Program-made: the position numbers and the translations under genes | The notes under the pieces: model-generated | Seen by the model: the letters and a program-made list of their open reading frames with translations, nothing else | Told to the model about the DNA's origin: nothing | Database searches by the model: none | In this document: positions 46,637-56,043 of the stretch, one piece after another | Position numbering within the stretch: position 1 is the stretch's first letter | How the letters are laid out: every line of letters starts with the position of its first letter | Source of the DNA: Polyangiaceae bacterium | GTDB lineage: Bacteria > Myxococcota_A > Polyangia > Polyangiales > Polyangiaceae | NCBI GenBank assembly: GCA_050287085.1 | Contig: JBNKBE010000002.1 | Location: forward strand, 96,001 to 160,000 | Length of the DNA: 64,000 nt | Reading direction: 5' to 3'

Positions 46637-48015
46637 GACGGGGCGCGCAGCGCTCGCGCTGCGAGTAGTTCGAGGTCTTGGTGTATGGAGGCAATCTGGG
46701 CGTCGTCGAAACGGAGCCTTCCGGGGGTATTGGCGCTGCGCGCCAGGACGGAGTCTTCTGCTTCGGTCATCGTCTTGAAAGCTCTGGCCAAACGCGCCAG
46801 CTCGTCGTTCTTCAGGTGCTCCGTCTGCTCGATGGTCTGCAGGATTGCGGCGGTCGAGGCTGTCGGAGGCAGTCCTAGGGCGGTGCGGAGCCTTTCGGCA
46901 AAAGCCGCCTTCAGCTCGCAGAGCACCAGCTCGGGACGGGTCGTCGGCTGCGCGAGCACCGCGAGCCGACCCGCGGTGCCGCCCTGAGCTACGAGGGGCG
47001 GCGCCTGGGTGAAGCGCGAGGGGCGCGGCGGCGGCCGCTGCGCCGAGCTGTTGTAAGCCCAAAGCAGGATCAGCGTGCCGAAGCCGGCTGCTAGCACAAG
47101 ACTGATCGCCGAGGGGAGTCCGGTTTCGTTCAGCTGCTCAAGTTGTCCGAGTGAAGTGTTCAGGGCGGAACGCAGACTGCGTCCGATCGAGCGGGACGCA
47201 GGATAACGGCCCACCTCAGAGAAGTCGTTGGCCAGAATGTACAGCTTGCCTGACCGCTTGCCCCAAACGTCGTCGTCGACCAGGTAGCGCACCAGCCCGC
47301 GGGCAAACTCAGCGTTGCCCGGGTATTGCATCATCAGGTCGATGAACACGGAAGGATCTCCCATTGCGAGCAGGCGCCCGCAAGGTTCGGTGGCAGAGCT
47401 GCCGCCGTCGCCCAGCCCGCAGCGCTCGGCATTGCCGATCACTCCGGTCAGGGCGAGAGGCACGCTGGTACCGGTGGCGTCGCGGAACTCCAGAAGCGAA
47501 GTCAGGCGCATGTCGTGGGCCGGCTCCAGGATCATCGGATGGTTGGTGATGACCTGGGTCACGCTTTGAACCATGGGGTGGCGGAGCACGCCTCGCTCGT
47601 TCACTTCGACGCTCGGTGTTGCAATCAGTAGCTCTGGATTGTCCAGGTATCGAGAAATATTGGCTGGGGGCCGTCGCGTGCTGATGTGGAAACGACGCAG
47701 GAAGGATGCTCCCGCGCCGAAGTCGTCGAGCACCGCCAGTCGTCCTCCTCCGGCAAGGAACTCGCGCGCGTCCGCAAATGACAGCGAGCGTGTGGGGTGC
47801 AAGAGCAGAACGCCGTCATTCGGTCGTAGCACGCCCCAGTCCAGCTGGGCGCCGAGCACCACCCGCGGACGCCCGAGCTCCTCTCGAGCCAGTCTCAACA
47901 ACTCGGTGCAGGCGTTCCACTGGGGGGCCACGAAGTCGAAGTCCGCGCGAGCTTGCGCCGCGGGGAGCCATCCACACAGCGTCAGGGCCAAAAGGCGCAC
48001 ACACGCGCCAAGCAC
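46633..48015 (-). CDS. DUF4350-like exported domain with a TM segment and a cytoplasmic tail
   Basis: Signal-like LLALTLCGWLPAAQARA, FLAGGGRLAVLDDFG and GDPSVFIDLM..PGN. It precedes MoxR. Start uncertain (GTG 48015 or ATG 48120). Confidence 0.7.
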   Translation of the reverse strand: MLGACVRLLALTLCGWLPAAQARADFDFVAPQWNACTELLRLAREELGRPRVVLGAQLDWGVLRPNDGVLLLHPTRSLSFADAREFLAGGGRLAVLDDFGAGASFLRRFHISTRRPPANISRYLDNPELLIATPSVEVNERGVLRHPMVQSVTQVITNHPMILEPAHDMRLTSLLEFRDATGTSVPLALTGVIGNAERCGLGDGGSSATEPCGRLLAMGDPSVFIDLMMQYPGNAEFARGLVRYLVDDDVWGKRSGKLYILANDFSEVGRYPASRSIGRSLRSALNTSLGQLEQLNETGLPSAISLVLAAGFGTLILLWAYNSSAQRPPPRPSRFTQAPPLVAQGGTAGRLAVLAQPTTRPELVLCELKAAFAERLRTALGLPPTASTAAILQTIEQTEHLKNDELARLARAFKTMTEAEDSVLARSANTPGRLRFDDAQIASIHQDLELLAARALRAPS

Positions 48016-48335
48016 ACGCAGCCGAGGCGAATGTGTCGATTGGGGACAACGCGTTTGCGTTCTGCGCACCCGCCGGTGCCGGCGTTGCGAATCGAGTGAT
48101 CCTAGTTCGTCGGCTCCCATCACACTGCGGATAGAAGCGACGTCACCCCTGCCAAGTCTTCGTGGCCTATCCAACCGGCGCGTGAGGTTAGCGGGTTTTA
48201 GATCGACAGAGAATGTTCGACAGTCGGCTAGCGGCCAGTCGTCCGGGAAACCAGCTCGTGTGTTGGAGGGACTTCTCCTTGGGGTTTCATCGGTGCTGCC
48301 GGTCAGATTCAAGGAAACGAGGTGGCGTCCAGCCC

Positions 48336-48363
48336 TTGACCCCTTAGGTATGGGGGTTACATT
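48336..48363 (+). promoter_or_regulatory. sigma70-like promoter
   Basis: TTGACC-16 nt-TACATT in an AT-richer patch 40 nt upstream of the small ORF. Confidence 0.6.
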
Positions 48364-48403
48364 AACCTAGTCTCCGTTCTTCAGTCCCCGCGGGTGTTTT
48401 TTT

Positions 48404-48589
48404 ATGCTGCCTCCTTTCATTATTGAGCAGATCCGCCAACGAGAACAAAGCGAAGCCGACGCGCGTTTGCGTCGTGAAGCAGAGCGGCCCCGTCTTGAAT
48501 TGCCGCTCGACATGCCCGATTGGCGTCCCCGCGAGCCGCAAGCGCCTCCTTCAGCGCCTGAGCGCGGCTACGTTGTATTGGACGTCTGA
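48404..48589 (+). CDS. 61-aa micro-protein of unknown function
   Basis: MLPPFIIEQIRQRE...RPRLELPL...ERGYVVLDV. It fills the gap after a clear promoter and resembles small hypothetical proteins I recall from myxobacteria (not verified). Confidence 0.7.
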   Translation: MLPPFIIEQIRQREQSEADARLRREAERPRLELPLDMPDWRPREPQAPPSAPERGYVVLDV

Positions 48590-48771
48590 ATTCTCAAGCA
48601 CCCATCGAAACTTGGATGGAAGCGGCGGGTTCTAGCGGTCCCCGCCGGAGCAAATGTGCGGCGCATTGCTCTATGAGCACACTTTCGGACAACCGTTCGG
48701 AAACCGGCTCATACCGAATGCCGTAAATGACGTTGTTTCCGGCGCACCCGATCACTAGGCTGCGCCGGCTT

Positions 48772-50337
48772 ATGCCGCGCCGGAAGAAGCGACTGCACCT
48801 GGCCGTATTGGCACTGCTAACGGGTTGTTTTCCCACCGATCAAGAGGCGGATCCGCCCTTGGACTCGCTCTACTACCCAGTAGCCGCCGTTCTCGGGGCG
48901 GACGGGGATCGAATCTACGTCGCCAACAGCGATTTCGACCTCGCCTACAATCGCGGTACGCTGATGGTGCTCGATGCGGCGGCGTTGCGTGAGCAACTTC
49001 CAGCCGTATGCCGGCAAGACTCCGACTGCGGTTCGGGGCGGTGTGACACGGAAGGGCTCGACGGCCGCGGTCCGACCTTCCGTTGTCTCGATGCCAAGGG
49101 CCGGCTGTGCCCAGGCGATTCGGTGGCTACTGTTGCGGAGCTCAGCAGGCAGCCCGGTGTGTGTCCACCGCGTCCGCTCACTTCCCGCTTGCTGCTTGGC
49201 AGCGCTCGAGTGGCGCCGTTTGCCACCGACCTGAAGTATGTGCCATTCGAGGACGGTGACGGTCGAAAAAGGGCGCGCCTGCTCATGCCCGCGCGTGGGG
49301 ACGCGTCGCTTCATTGGGCTGACGTGGAAACCGCGGCGGGCAAGGGCCCAGTCCTCGACTGCGGCCAGAATGAGCGTCAGGAGTGTGATGCGCGTCACCG
49401 GCTGAGCGAGAGCACGTCGGGAGGCCGCACCTTGGTAGCTCCCGAGGAGCCTGTGTCCGTGGCCACGAGCGCCGACGGCGAGGTGGCTGTGGTCGCGCAT
49501 CAGACAACGGGCGAGGTCTCGTTGTATCTCAATGGCAGCCGAGGTCCTCGAGTCGAATCGATACTCTCGGGTCTGCAACCAGGCCTCCAGGCGATTGTGA
49601 GGGTTCCTCGCTCGCGCTGGGCTACGCTTTTGGACCCCGCTGAAGAGTCGTTTCTTGCCGTCTTTCGCGACGCCTCACGACCGGTGGTGGAGCTGCTACG
49701 CCTTCATCGCGATGGCGCCGCTGGCCCCTATCTACAGCGCGTGGTGCGTACGGTGCTGAGCGGTGCGAGCAGCGGGGACGTGCGTTCTGTCGCCATTGTC
49801 GATACGGAGCGGGCATCCTGTGAGGCGAGCTGCGCGCTCGATTGCTCTCCTGACGACGCCACGTGCACTGAGTGTCTGCGCGGATGTGCGAGCCTTCCGC
49901 TTACTGTATTTGGTTCGGTGCGCGTGCCCGATGGCCTACTTGTGGCGCATACGCAGGCCTCCCAATCGGAGGGGGTGCAGAGCAACGAGCTGCGTTTTTC
50001 CGAACATATTCCACTGGGCTCCGGACCGTCCAAAGTCATTAGGGCCACGATACCCGGCGCGTCTGGACTTCCGGTTGAACGCGTATTCGTGATTGCCTTC
50101 GACGCCAAGGAACTGGTTGTCGTCGATCCTGAGGCGCGGCAGATCGAGACTCGAATCAGCACCGGCAGCGGTCCTAGCGCGTTTGTGGTCGATGAACAGC
50201 GGGCGCTCGGATATCTAACCGACTTCAAGGACTTCAGTATCTCGGTGCTCGACTTGAATCAGCAGAACCCTACCTACGGTCGCTATCTGTTGACCGTCTA
50301 TAGCGAAGATCCCCGCGGCTCGGAGGGAGACCTGTGA
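48772..50337 (+). CDS. Cys-rich lipoprotein, YncE/YVTN-like beta-propeller
   Basis: LAVLALLTGC lipobox, RIYVANSDFDL, TGSGPSAFV and GYLTDF..SISVLDL. Confidence 0.8.
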   Translation: MPRRKKRLHLAVLALLTGCFPTDQEADPPLDSLYYPVAAVLGADGDRIYVANSDFDLAYNRGTLMVLDAAALREQLPAVCRQDSDCGSGRCDTEGLDGRGPTFRCLDAKGRLCPGDSVATVAELSRQPGVCPPRPLTSRLLLGSARVAPFATDLKYVPFEDGDGRKRARLLMPARGDASLHWADVETAAGKGPVLDCGQNERQECDARHRLSESTSGGRTLVAPEEPVSVATSADGEVAVVAHQTTGEVSLYLNGSRGPRVESILSGLQPGLQAIVRVPRSRWATLLDPAEESFLAVFRDASRPVVELLRLHRDGAAGPYLQRVVRTVLSGASSGDVRSVAIVDTERASCEASCALDCSPDDATCTECLRGCASLPLTVFGSVRVPDGLLVAHTQASQSEGVQSNELRFSEHIPLGSGPSKVIRATIPGASGLPVERVFVIAFDAKELVVVDPEARQIETRISTGSGPSAFVVDEQRALGYLTDFKDFSISVLDLNQQNPTYGRYLLTVYSEDPRGSEGDL

Positions 50338-53300
50338 CGAGGTCTGTCGCGACAGGTTGGCTTCTTTCAGCCCTCCTCGGCGTGCTAGTGCCGGCTTGCG
50401 GCGCATCTCCCTCGCCGCAACGAGCTTTGAGTCTCGCCGGTACGCGCGATGTCTCGTTCGTTTGCGTGCATGTGAGTGGGGAGACTGTGCTTGACACTGC
50501 GCCGCTCGAGGATTGCCCGCAACTCAAGGCAGAGTCCGGCAGCGATACCGCTTATGAGCTATGGGCGCTGCTCAGCAAGGCCGACACGAGTGAGGTTGCC
50601 GTTGTCAACATGGGGTCGCGCTGCGACGACGGTGGGGCCTGCATAGCCACGGTCGTAGACTCAGAGCCGACGCAGCCTGGGGCCACCTTCTTGCCCGTGG
50701 GCGCGGAACCCAGCGCGATCGTGTCGACCCCCGGTGGGTCCGCTAGTTTCGTGGCCACTCAACAGCCCGGCAAAGCGGCGATCTTCGCACTGCCCACGAC
50801 TTGCATTGGATCTCGGCCACTGCAATCGGCCTATCGCGATCTACGTACCTGGCCAGCTTGTCGCTTGCCGGCCCCTCCTGGCGAAATGGTGTTGTTCACC
50901 GATCGCGAGCGGTCCACCAGTTGTAGCGGCGAGTCCGGTGGACAGGGCGTTGGCCAGTGTGCCGTGGACCTATCCCGTGAACTGCCCCAAGGTGGGCGTC
51001 ACAAGTTAGCGGTTTCGCTTCCGAGCCTTGGGCAGGTCGCCATCCTGGATGCCCAGGCACTGCTCGACATTGAGCCCGGCAGTTTTCCAGACTGTCCCAT
51101 CGAGGGGGCTCCCATCCAGCTGGGTACCGACCTCTCGGAACGGCCCGCTCAGACCCAGCCGCAAGCGGCGGCGCTTTGTACAGGGCCAACGGGGTCTGAA
51201 CTCCCTCATCCTTCGCTCGCAGCTTCTTTTGAGGCCAGGCCCTTTGACCTCGCCTACAGCGAGGAGCAGCTCTACGTTTCCGATCGCGGCGCTCCTCTTG
51301 TTCACGTTTTGAGCGTTGAGGACGCTTGTGCTCCGAAGGAGCAGTCGCCGCTCTATCCGACAGACGCTCGGGACCCGGACCGAGTTGTCTTGTCTTCGCG
51401 TCTGGCCGTGAGTCCGCGCACCTTTGCGGGGGAGCGCTTCCTCTATGCCGTCGATTTCGGGGGAGGGGCGGTCAATAGCGGCACGCTGATGGCGTTTGAT
51501 GTTTCAGCGCATGATTCGCCCCGCGTGCCGATTCAGCGGGCGACGAGTGCGGATCCTGGCTATGCGCTTGACCGCATCGAGCTGCCCGCGCCGGTCAGCG
51601 ACGTCACATTTGCCAAGCACGACTTTCCGATCGAAGACCCGTCAACGCATGTAGCGACCAGCGGGGTTGCTTGCGATCCGGATCCCGCCCACGCGGAGGG
51701 CCTTGGCGCCTTGTACCGGCGCAGCGCCGAAGGCGACGGTCCTCATCCGCTGCGTTTGCGGGGTGTGTTCGCATTTGCGGCGCTGCAAGACGGGTTGGTG
51801 GTCACCATCGACGTCGAGGATCTCGACGCACCCTGCCGTCGTCCGGCGGGGCGCGCGCGCTTGGCCAGTGGCTGCGCGGACGATGACTTGGAGGGCCAGT
51901 ATCTCGAGGACGACTCCGGTGAGCCCTACGTCAGTGATGAGCTTAGCTGTCGCATCAGTGAGCCTCATCGTCCTCGCCTCGCGACCTTCTACCGTCATGC
52001 GAATGCGGGCCTTGCTCCGGTGGTGCGCGCATTTCCTTTGTTGAGCGCCGATGACGGATCGTCGCTGCCGGTGGACCAGACGGACAGAGGCCTTGCCAGC
52101 CCGCGCATGCTCTCGGTCAACGACCGTTCTGGTGGCGTTGACGAGCAGGGGCGCTCTCTGGGGGACGCCGCCTCGCGCATCGCTGGGCGACTCTTCATCA
52201 ACGATCCGGAGGCCGAAGCCCGGCTCGAGCCCGACCCTGCCAAGTCTGAGCGCAACGGGTTGACGTTGGCCTACGACGAGCCCCGTGTTTTCCAAAGGGG
52301 AATTGGCAGCTACCGCGCAACTTACGAAGGCCCATTGCGAGGGCGCGAGCGGGGGCGTTTTCGAGTCGTGCGGGCCGACGAGCTCGCGCTGCCCGACGAG
52401 GAACAGCTGCAATTGCCCTTTGCGGTATATGGCGAGCTTTCCAACGGTCCGGAATCCTCGTTCTGCGGCGCGGGCGTCGAAGATAGGGTGCTGATGGCTG
52501 AACGTGGTGTCGCTCGTCTATCCGTCGAAAGGGCCAGTGCCGCTACCTTTGGTCAGCGCTACGGCGATTTCGTGGAGGTCGAGTCGGCGCTCCTCCCGGA
52601 GGACGATCCCTATTGGAGGGAGGGTGGAAAGCAATGCGGGGCCGCATTCCGAGAGCAGGCCCCCAGTCTATCCTCGCGGGACGTGTGCGAGTTGTTCTTC
52701 GAGGATGCCTTCAACCGCGAGCTGTCGATTGCCAGAGCATTCAACGATCGACTGCTGCTCGAACCCCGCGCGAGCAGTCAGCCGCGCGAGGTCGTGCTTG
52801 ATATGGTGGAGTGCTGCTTTCCAGAGGGGCTCGAGTTTCAGCTGCGTGCTGGTCGGCAATGGGTCGTGTCTAGTCCGCGTGGCTTCGAGCACGGCGTCGT
52901 GGCAGCGCCACAGGCTCCGTTCGCGTGTGTTCGCTCTTGCCAACCGTGGACGACCGGTAGTGAGTCGCGCGTTTTCGAACTCAGCTGCCAGGACGAGGAC
53001 GGCAGCTGTGCGCCCGAGACCGGGCGTGAGGCAGTTCTTGGGCCGCCCTCGGCTGGGGAGGTGGTGGACGGATCGGCGCTACATGGGTGTATTCTCTCCC
53101 AACACCCAAAGGGTGGGGTTCAGCCTGACGGCGAGGGAAGCGAATGCGTATTCCGAGGTGGCCCCACGCGCTTCGCGATCTACCGTGGGCGAGAGGTCAG
53201 TCGCCGCGACATGGCATTCTCCTGGGAGGTCATCGGAGCCGTTGAAGGCCAGAACGTCGACCTTGTGCGGATCGATCCAACCAATCGCTATACGTCTGTT

Positions 53301-53435
53301 CCACAGACGATCGAGTACTTGCCCAGTCAGGGGCAGCTTGTGGTCAGCGACTCTGGTAGCGTGAGCATGGCCGTTGTGGGGCTCAGTGCTTCGTTCGCTA
53401 CTGGGCGTGGGTTTATTGGACAAGTAGCGAGATAG
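50334..53435 (+). CDS. large Cys-rich lipoprotein, probable beta-propeller (1033 aa)
   Basis: LLGVLVPAC lipobox and GTGA overlap with GGAGGGAG RBS. Motifs PVGAEPSAIVSTPGG, LYVSD and FLYAVD. Confidence 0.8.
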   Translation: MTRSVATGWLLSALLGVLVPACGASPSPQRALSLAGTRDVSFVCVHVSGETVLDTAPLEDCPQLKAESGSDTAYELWALLSKADTSEVAVVNMGSRCDDGGACIATVVDSEPTQPGATFLPVGAEPSAIVSTPGGSASFVATQQPGKAAIFALPTTCIGSRPLQSAYRDLRTWPACRLPAPPGEMVLFTDRERSTSCSGESGGQGVGQCAVDLSRELPQGGRHKLAVSLPSLGQVAILDAQALLDIEPGSFPDCPIEGAPIQLGTDLSERPAQTQPQAAALCTGPTGSELPHPSLAASFEARPFDLAYSEEQLYVSDRGAPLVHVLSVEDACAPKEQSPLYPTDARDPDRVVLSSRLAVSPRTFAGERFLYAVDFGGGAVNSGTLMAFDVSAHDSPRVPIQRATSADPGYALDRIELPAPVSDVTFAKHDFPIEDPSTHVATSGVACDPDPAHAEGLGALYRRSAEGDGPHPLRLRGVFAFAALQDGLVVTIDVEDLDAPCRRPAGRARLASGCADDDLEGQYLEDDSGEPYVSDELSCRISEPHRPRLATFYRHANAGLAPVVRAFPLLSADDGSSLPVDQTDRGLASPRMLSVNDRSGGVDEQGRSLGDAASRIAGRLFINDPEAEARLEPDPAKSERNGLTLAYDEPRVFQRGIGSYRATYEGPLRGRERGRFRVVRADELALPDEEQLQLPFAVYGELSNGPESSFCGAGVEDRVLMAERGVARLSVERASAATFGQRYGDFVEVESALLPEDDPYWREGGKQCGAAFREQAPSLSSRDVCELFFEDAFNRELSIARAFNDRLLLEPRASSQPREVVLDMVECCFPEGLEFQLRAGRQWVVSSPRGFEHGVVAAPQAPFACVRSCQPWTTGSESRVFELSCQDEDGSCAPETGREAVLGPPSAGEVVDGSALHGCILSQHPKGGVQPDGEGSECVFRGGPTRFAIYRGREVSRRDMAFSWEVIGAVEGQNVDLVRIDPTNRYTSVPQTIEYLPSQGQLVVSDSGSVSMAVVGLSASFATGRGFIGQVAR

Positions 53436-53436
53436 C

Positions 53437-56043
53437 GTGGCTGCCAAGTCGACGCCCGTCATGCGACAGCACGCCGAGGCGAAGGCGGCCTACCCGGATG
53501 CCATCATCTTCTTTCGCTTGGGCGACTTCTACGAGATGTTTGGCGAGGACGCGGTCACGTGCGCCGAGCTGCTCAATCTCACGCTGACCAGTCGAAACAA
53601 GGGCAAGCCTGACGAGATCCCGATGGCGGGAGTGCCGCACCACGCGGCCCATACCTACATCGGACGTCTGCTCCAGCTCGGTCGCCGGGTTGCGATCTGC
53701 GAACAGATGGCAGATCCGAAGACGGTCAAGGGGATCGTGCCGCGGGCTGTTGTGCGGGTGATCAGTCCGGGGCTGATCACTCATGAAGAGCATCTTGCCG
53801 CCGGAGAAAACAATTGGCTTGCTGCCATCAGCCTCGGCCCTCGGGTCGTTGGCGTTGCGCTGCTCGACATTTCCACCGGCGAATTCAAGGCGGCCCAGGC
53901 TGCGGATATCGCCGCACTCGCCGGAGAGCTGGTGCGAGCGGCCCCCAAGGAAGTGCTGATCGGGACGCATACGGTCCCCGCGGATGAACGCGCCCACGAG
54001 GTCGAGGCGTTGCTCAAGGCTGCGCTCCCAGGGGCAGCGCACGTTGTCGAGCCAGTGCCGACGGAGGGCGAGCTATCCCAACTCTTCGGTGAACTATGGC
54101 CGGAGGCTGAACGGCTCTCGACCGAGGAGCGTGCGGCGGCCGCGCTCGCGCTTCGATTCGCTCGCCGTTGTACTCCCGAAATCGAGCTTCCCCTGCGTCG
54201 CATTGGGCGTTGGGATCCGGCGGCTACTTTGGTGCTGGATGTGACAGCGCAACAGCATCTCGAGCTGGTGCGGTCCAATGCCGATGATCCTCAGGCGAGC
54301 TTGCTGGCGGTTGTGAACAGAACGCGTACAGCTGCAGGAGCTCGCTTGCTGCGATCTCGCTTGTTAGCGCCTCTCCTGGACGTGGCGGCCATTCGCCGGC
54401 GCCACGACGCTGTCGAGTTCTTTGTCAATGCCAGCACGTTGCGCGCGCAGGTGCGGGAGGCACTTTCGCGGGTTGGTGACATGGAGCGGATTGCTTCGCG
54501 CGTCGTCATGGGCGAAGCGTCGCCGCGCGAGCTCGGTCTCTTGCGCAATGGCCTGAGCGCCGGAGCCGACGTCTTCGCTTCTCTGGCTGGCGTCGAAAAC
54601 GCGACGGAGCGCGAGGCGCTGGGTGACCTGGACGTTGCACCGGAGCTGGTCAATCTACGCGTAGCTCTCGAGGCCGCTCTCGTCGAGCAACCCCCCGCCT
54701 TGGCCAAAGAAGGGGAGATATTTCAGCCCGGCTTTGATGCGGAGCTAGCGCGCTACCAGTCGCTGAAGCAGGACGGCGCGGCTTTGATCGTCGATCTGGA
54801 GAGGCGCCTCCGCGAGCAGACTGATATCAACAATCTTCGCGTCCGCTTCACCCGTGTCTTTGGCTGGTACGTGGAGGTTGCCCGTAGCCGGCAGAAGCAG
54901 GTTCCGAGTGCATGGCGCCGCAAACAAACGGTGGCTACGGGGGAGCGTTATACCCTGGATGAACTCGACGACCTGGCTGCGCAAGTGGCCGAGGCCGGAG
55001 AGCTGCACCGAGCCAGAGAGCTAGAGCTCTTGCGTGAACTCAACGGGCAGGTGCGCGAAAGCGCACAGGCGCTGCGCACCTTTTCGGCTCGCCTCGCGGA
55101 GGTCGATGTCGCCGCGGCACTCGCGGAAGTCGCCCATCGCTATGACTACGTGCGTCCTGAAGTGGACGATTCGGACGAGCTGAAACTCGAGGAGGCGCGT
55201 CACCCCGTAGTTGAGTGCTTGGCAGCAAGTGGCGCTTTCGTGCCCAACGATGTGCGTCTGACATCTTCGGGTGAACGGATCTGGCTGGTTACCGGCCCCA
55301 ATATGGCCGGCAAGAGCACGTTTCTTCGGCAGACTGCGCTGTGTGTCATCCTGGCTCAGATGGGGAGCTTCGTGCCGGCTCGTCGCGCGAAGATCGGGGT
55401 AGTCGACCGCGTCCTGTCTCGAGTCGGAGCGAGCGATAACCTCGCCCGAGGAGACAGCACCTTCATGGTTGAGATGAAAGAAACGGCGGATATTCTGCAT
55501 TTCGCGACGCCGCGGAGTCTGGTCATTCTCGACGAAATTGGGCGGGGTACCAGTACGTTCGACGGACTCTCGATTGCTTGGGCTGTGCTGGAGCATCTGG
55601 ATGTCGCCATTCGCTGTCGAGCCCTATTTGCTACTCACTACCATGAGCTAACGGCGCTTGCAGACGACTCCACCCACGTTGCCAATTGCAGCGTCGCAGC
55701 CCGAGAGCAGGGGGGAGCGATCGTATTTCTGCATCGCGTGATAGCGGGACCGGCGAGTCGCAGCTACGGCGTTGCCGTCGCCAAGCTGGCAGGTCTTCCA
55801 CAGAGCGTTCTGGCTCGAGCCGAGGCTGTGCTCAAGCAATTGGAGGGTGAACAGGGCTTGGGCAAGGCGCAGTCTCGAGCTCGCACACCTCGCGCCCAGC
55901 TGTCGCTCTTCGAGGCGTCGGTCGCTCGAGAGCCCAAAGCCGACGAGGTGCTGGATACGGTGCGTGGCGTTGACCTGGACCAGCTATCTCCGATGCAGGC
56001 GCACGGGCTGCTGGTGAAGCTGCAACGCTTGTTGAAACGCTAG
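53437..56043 (+). CDS. mutS: DNA mismatch repair protein MutS
   Basis: GDFYEMF, PMAGVP, TGPNMAGKSTFLRQ, STFMVEM, DEIGRGTSTFDG, FATHYHEL and SYGVAVAKLAG. Confidence 0.98.
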   Translation: MAAKSTPVMRQHAEAKAAYPDAIIFFRLGDFYEMFGEDAVTCAELLNLTLTSRNKGKPDEIPMAGVPHHAAHTYIGRLLQLGRRVAICEQMADPKTVKGIVPRAVVRVISPGLITHEEHLAAGENNWLAAISLGPRVVGVALLDISTGEFKAAQAADIAALAGELVRAAPKEVLIGTHTVPADERAHEVEALLKAALPGAAHVVEPVPTEGELSQLFGELWPEAERLSTEERAAAALALRFARRCTPEIELPLRRIGRWDPAATLVLDVTAQQHLELVRSNADDPQASLLAVVNRTRTAAGARLLRSRLLAPLLDVAAIRRRHDAVEFFVNASTLRAQVREALSRVGDMERIASRVVMGEASPRELGLLRNGLSAGADVFASLAGVENATEREALGDLDVAPELVNLRVALEAALVEQPPALAKEGEIFQPGFDAELARYQSLKQDGAALIVDLERRLREQTDINNLRVRFTRVFGWYVEVARSRQKQVPSAWRRKQTVATGERYTLDELDDLAAQVAEAGELHRARELELLRELNGQVRESAQALRTFSARLAEVDVAAALAEVAHRYDYVRPEVDDSDELKLEEARHPVVECLAASGAFVPNDVRLTSSGERIWLVTGPNMAGKSTFLRQTALCVILAQMGSFVPARRAKIGVVDRVLSRVGASDNLARGDSTFMVEMKETADILHFATPRSLVILDEIGRGTSTFDGLSIAWAVLEHLDVAIRCRALFATHYHELTALADDSTHVANCSVAAREQGGAIVFLHRVIAGPASRSYGVAVAKLAGLPQSVLARAEAVLKQLEGEQGLGKAQSRARTPRAQLSLFEASVAREPKADEVLDTVRGVDLDQLSPMQAHGLLVKLQRLLKR

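Noticed and set aside
46637..47062. N-terminal extension of MoxR in the ORF track, and similar extensions for ggt, moaB, dnaG, atpD and the TPR genes
   Set aside because: They overlap neighbouring genes or lack family similarity, and downstream starts fit better.
56040..56043. mutS/hrpB convergent 4-nt overlap as a functional link
   Set aside because: Overlapping stop codons of convergent genes are common in compact genomes.
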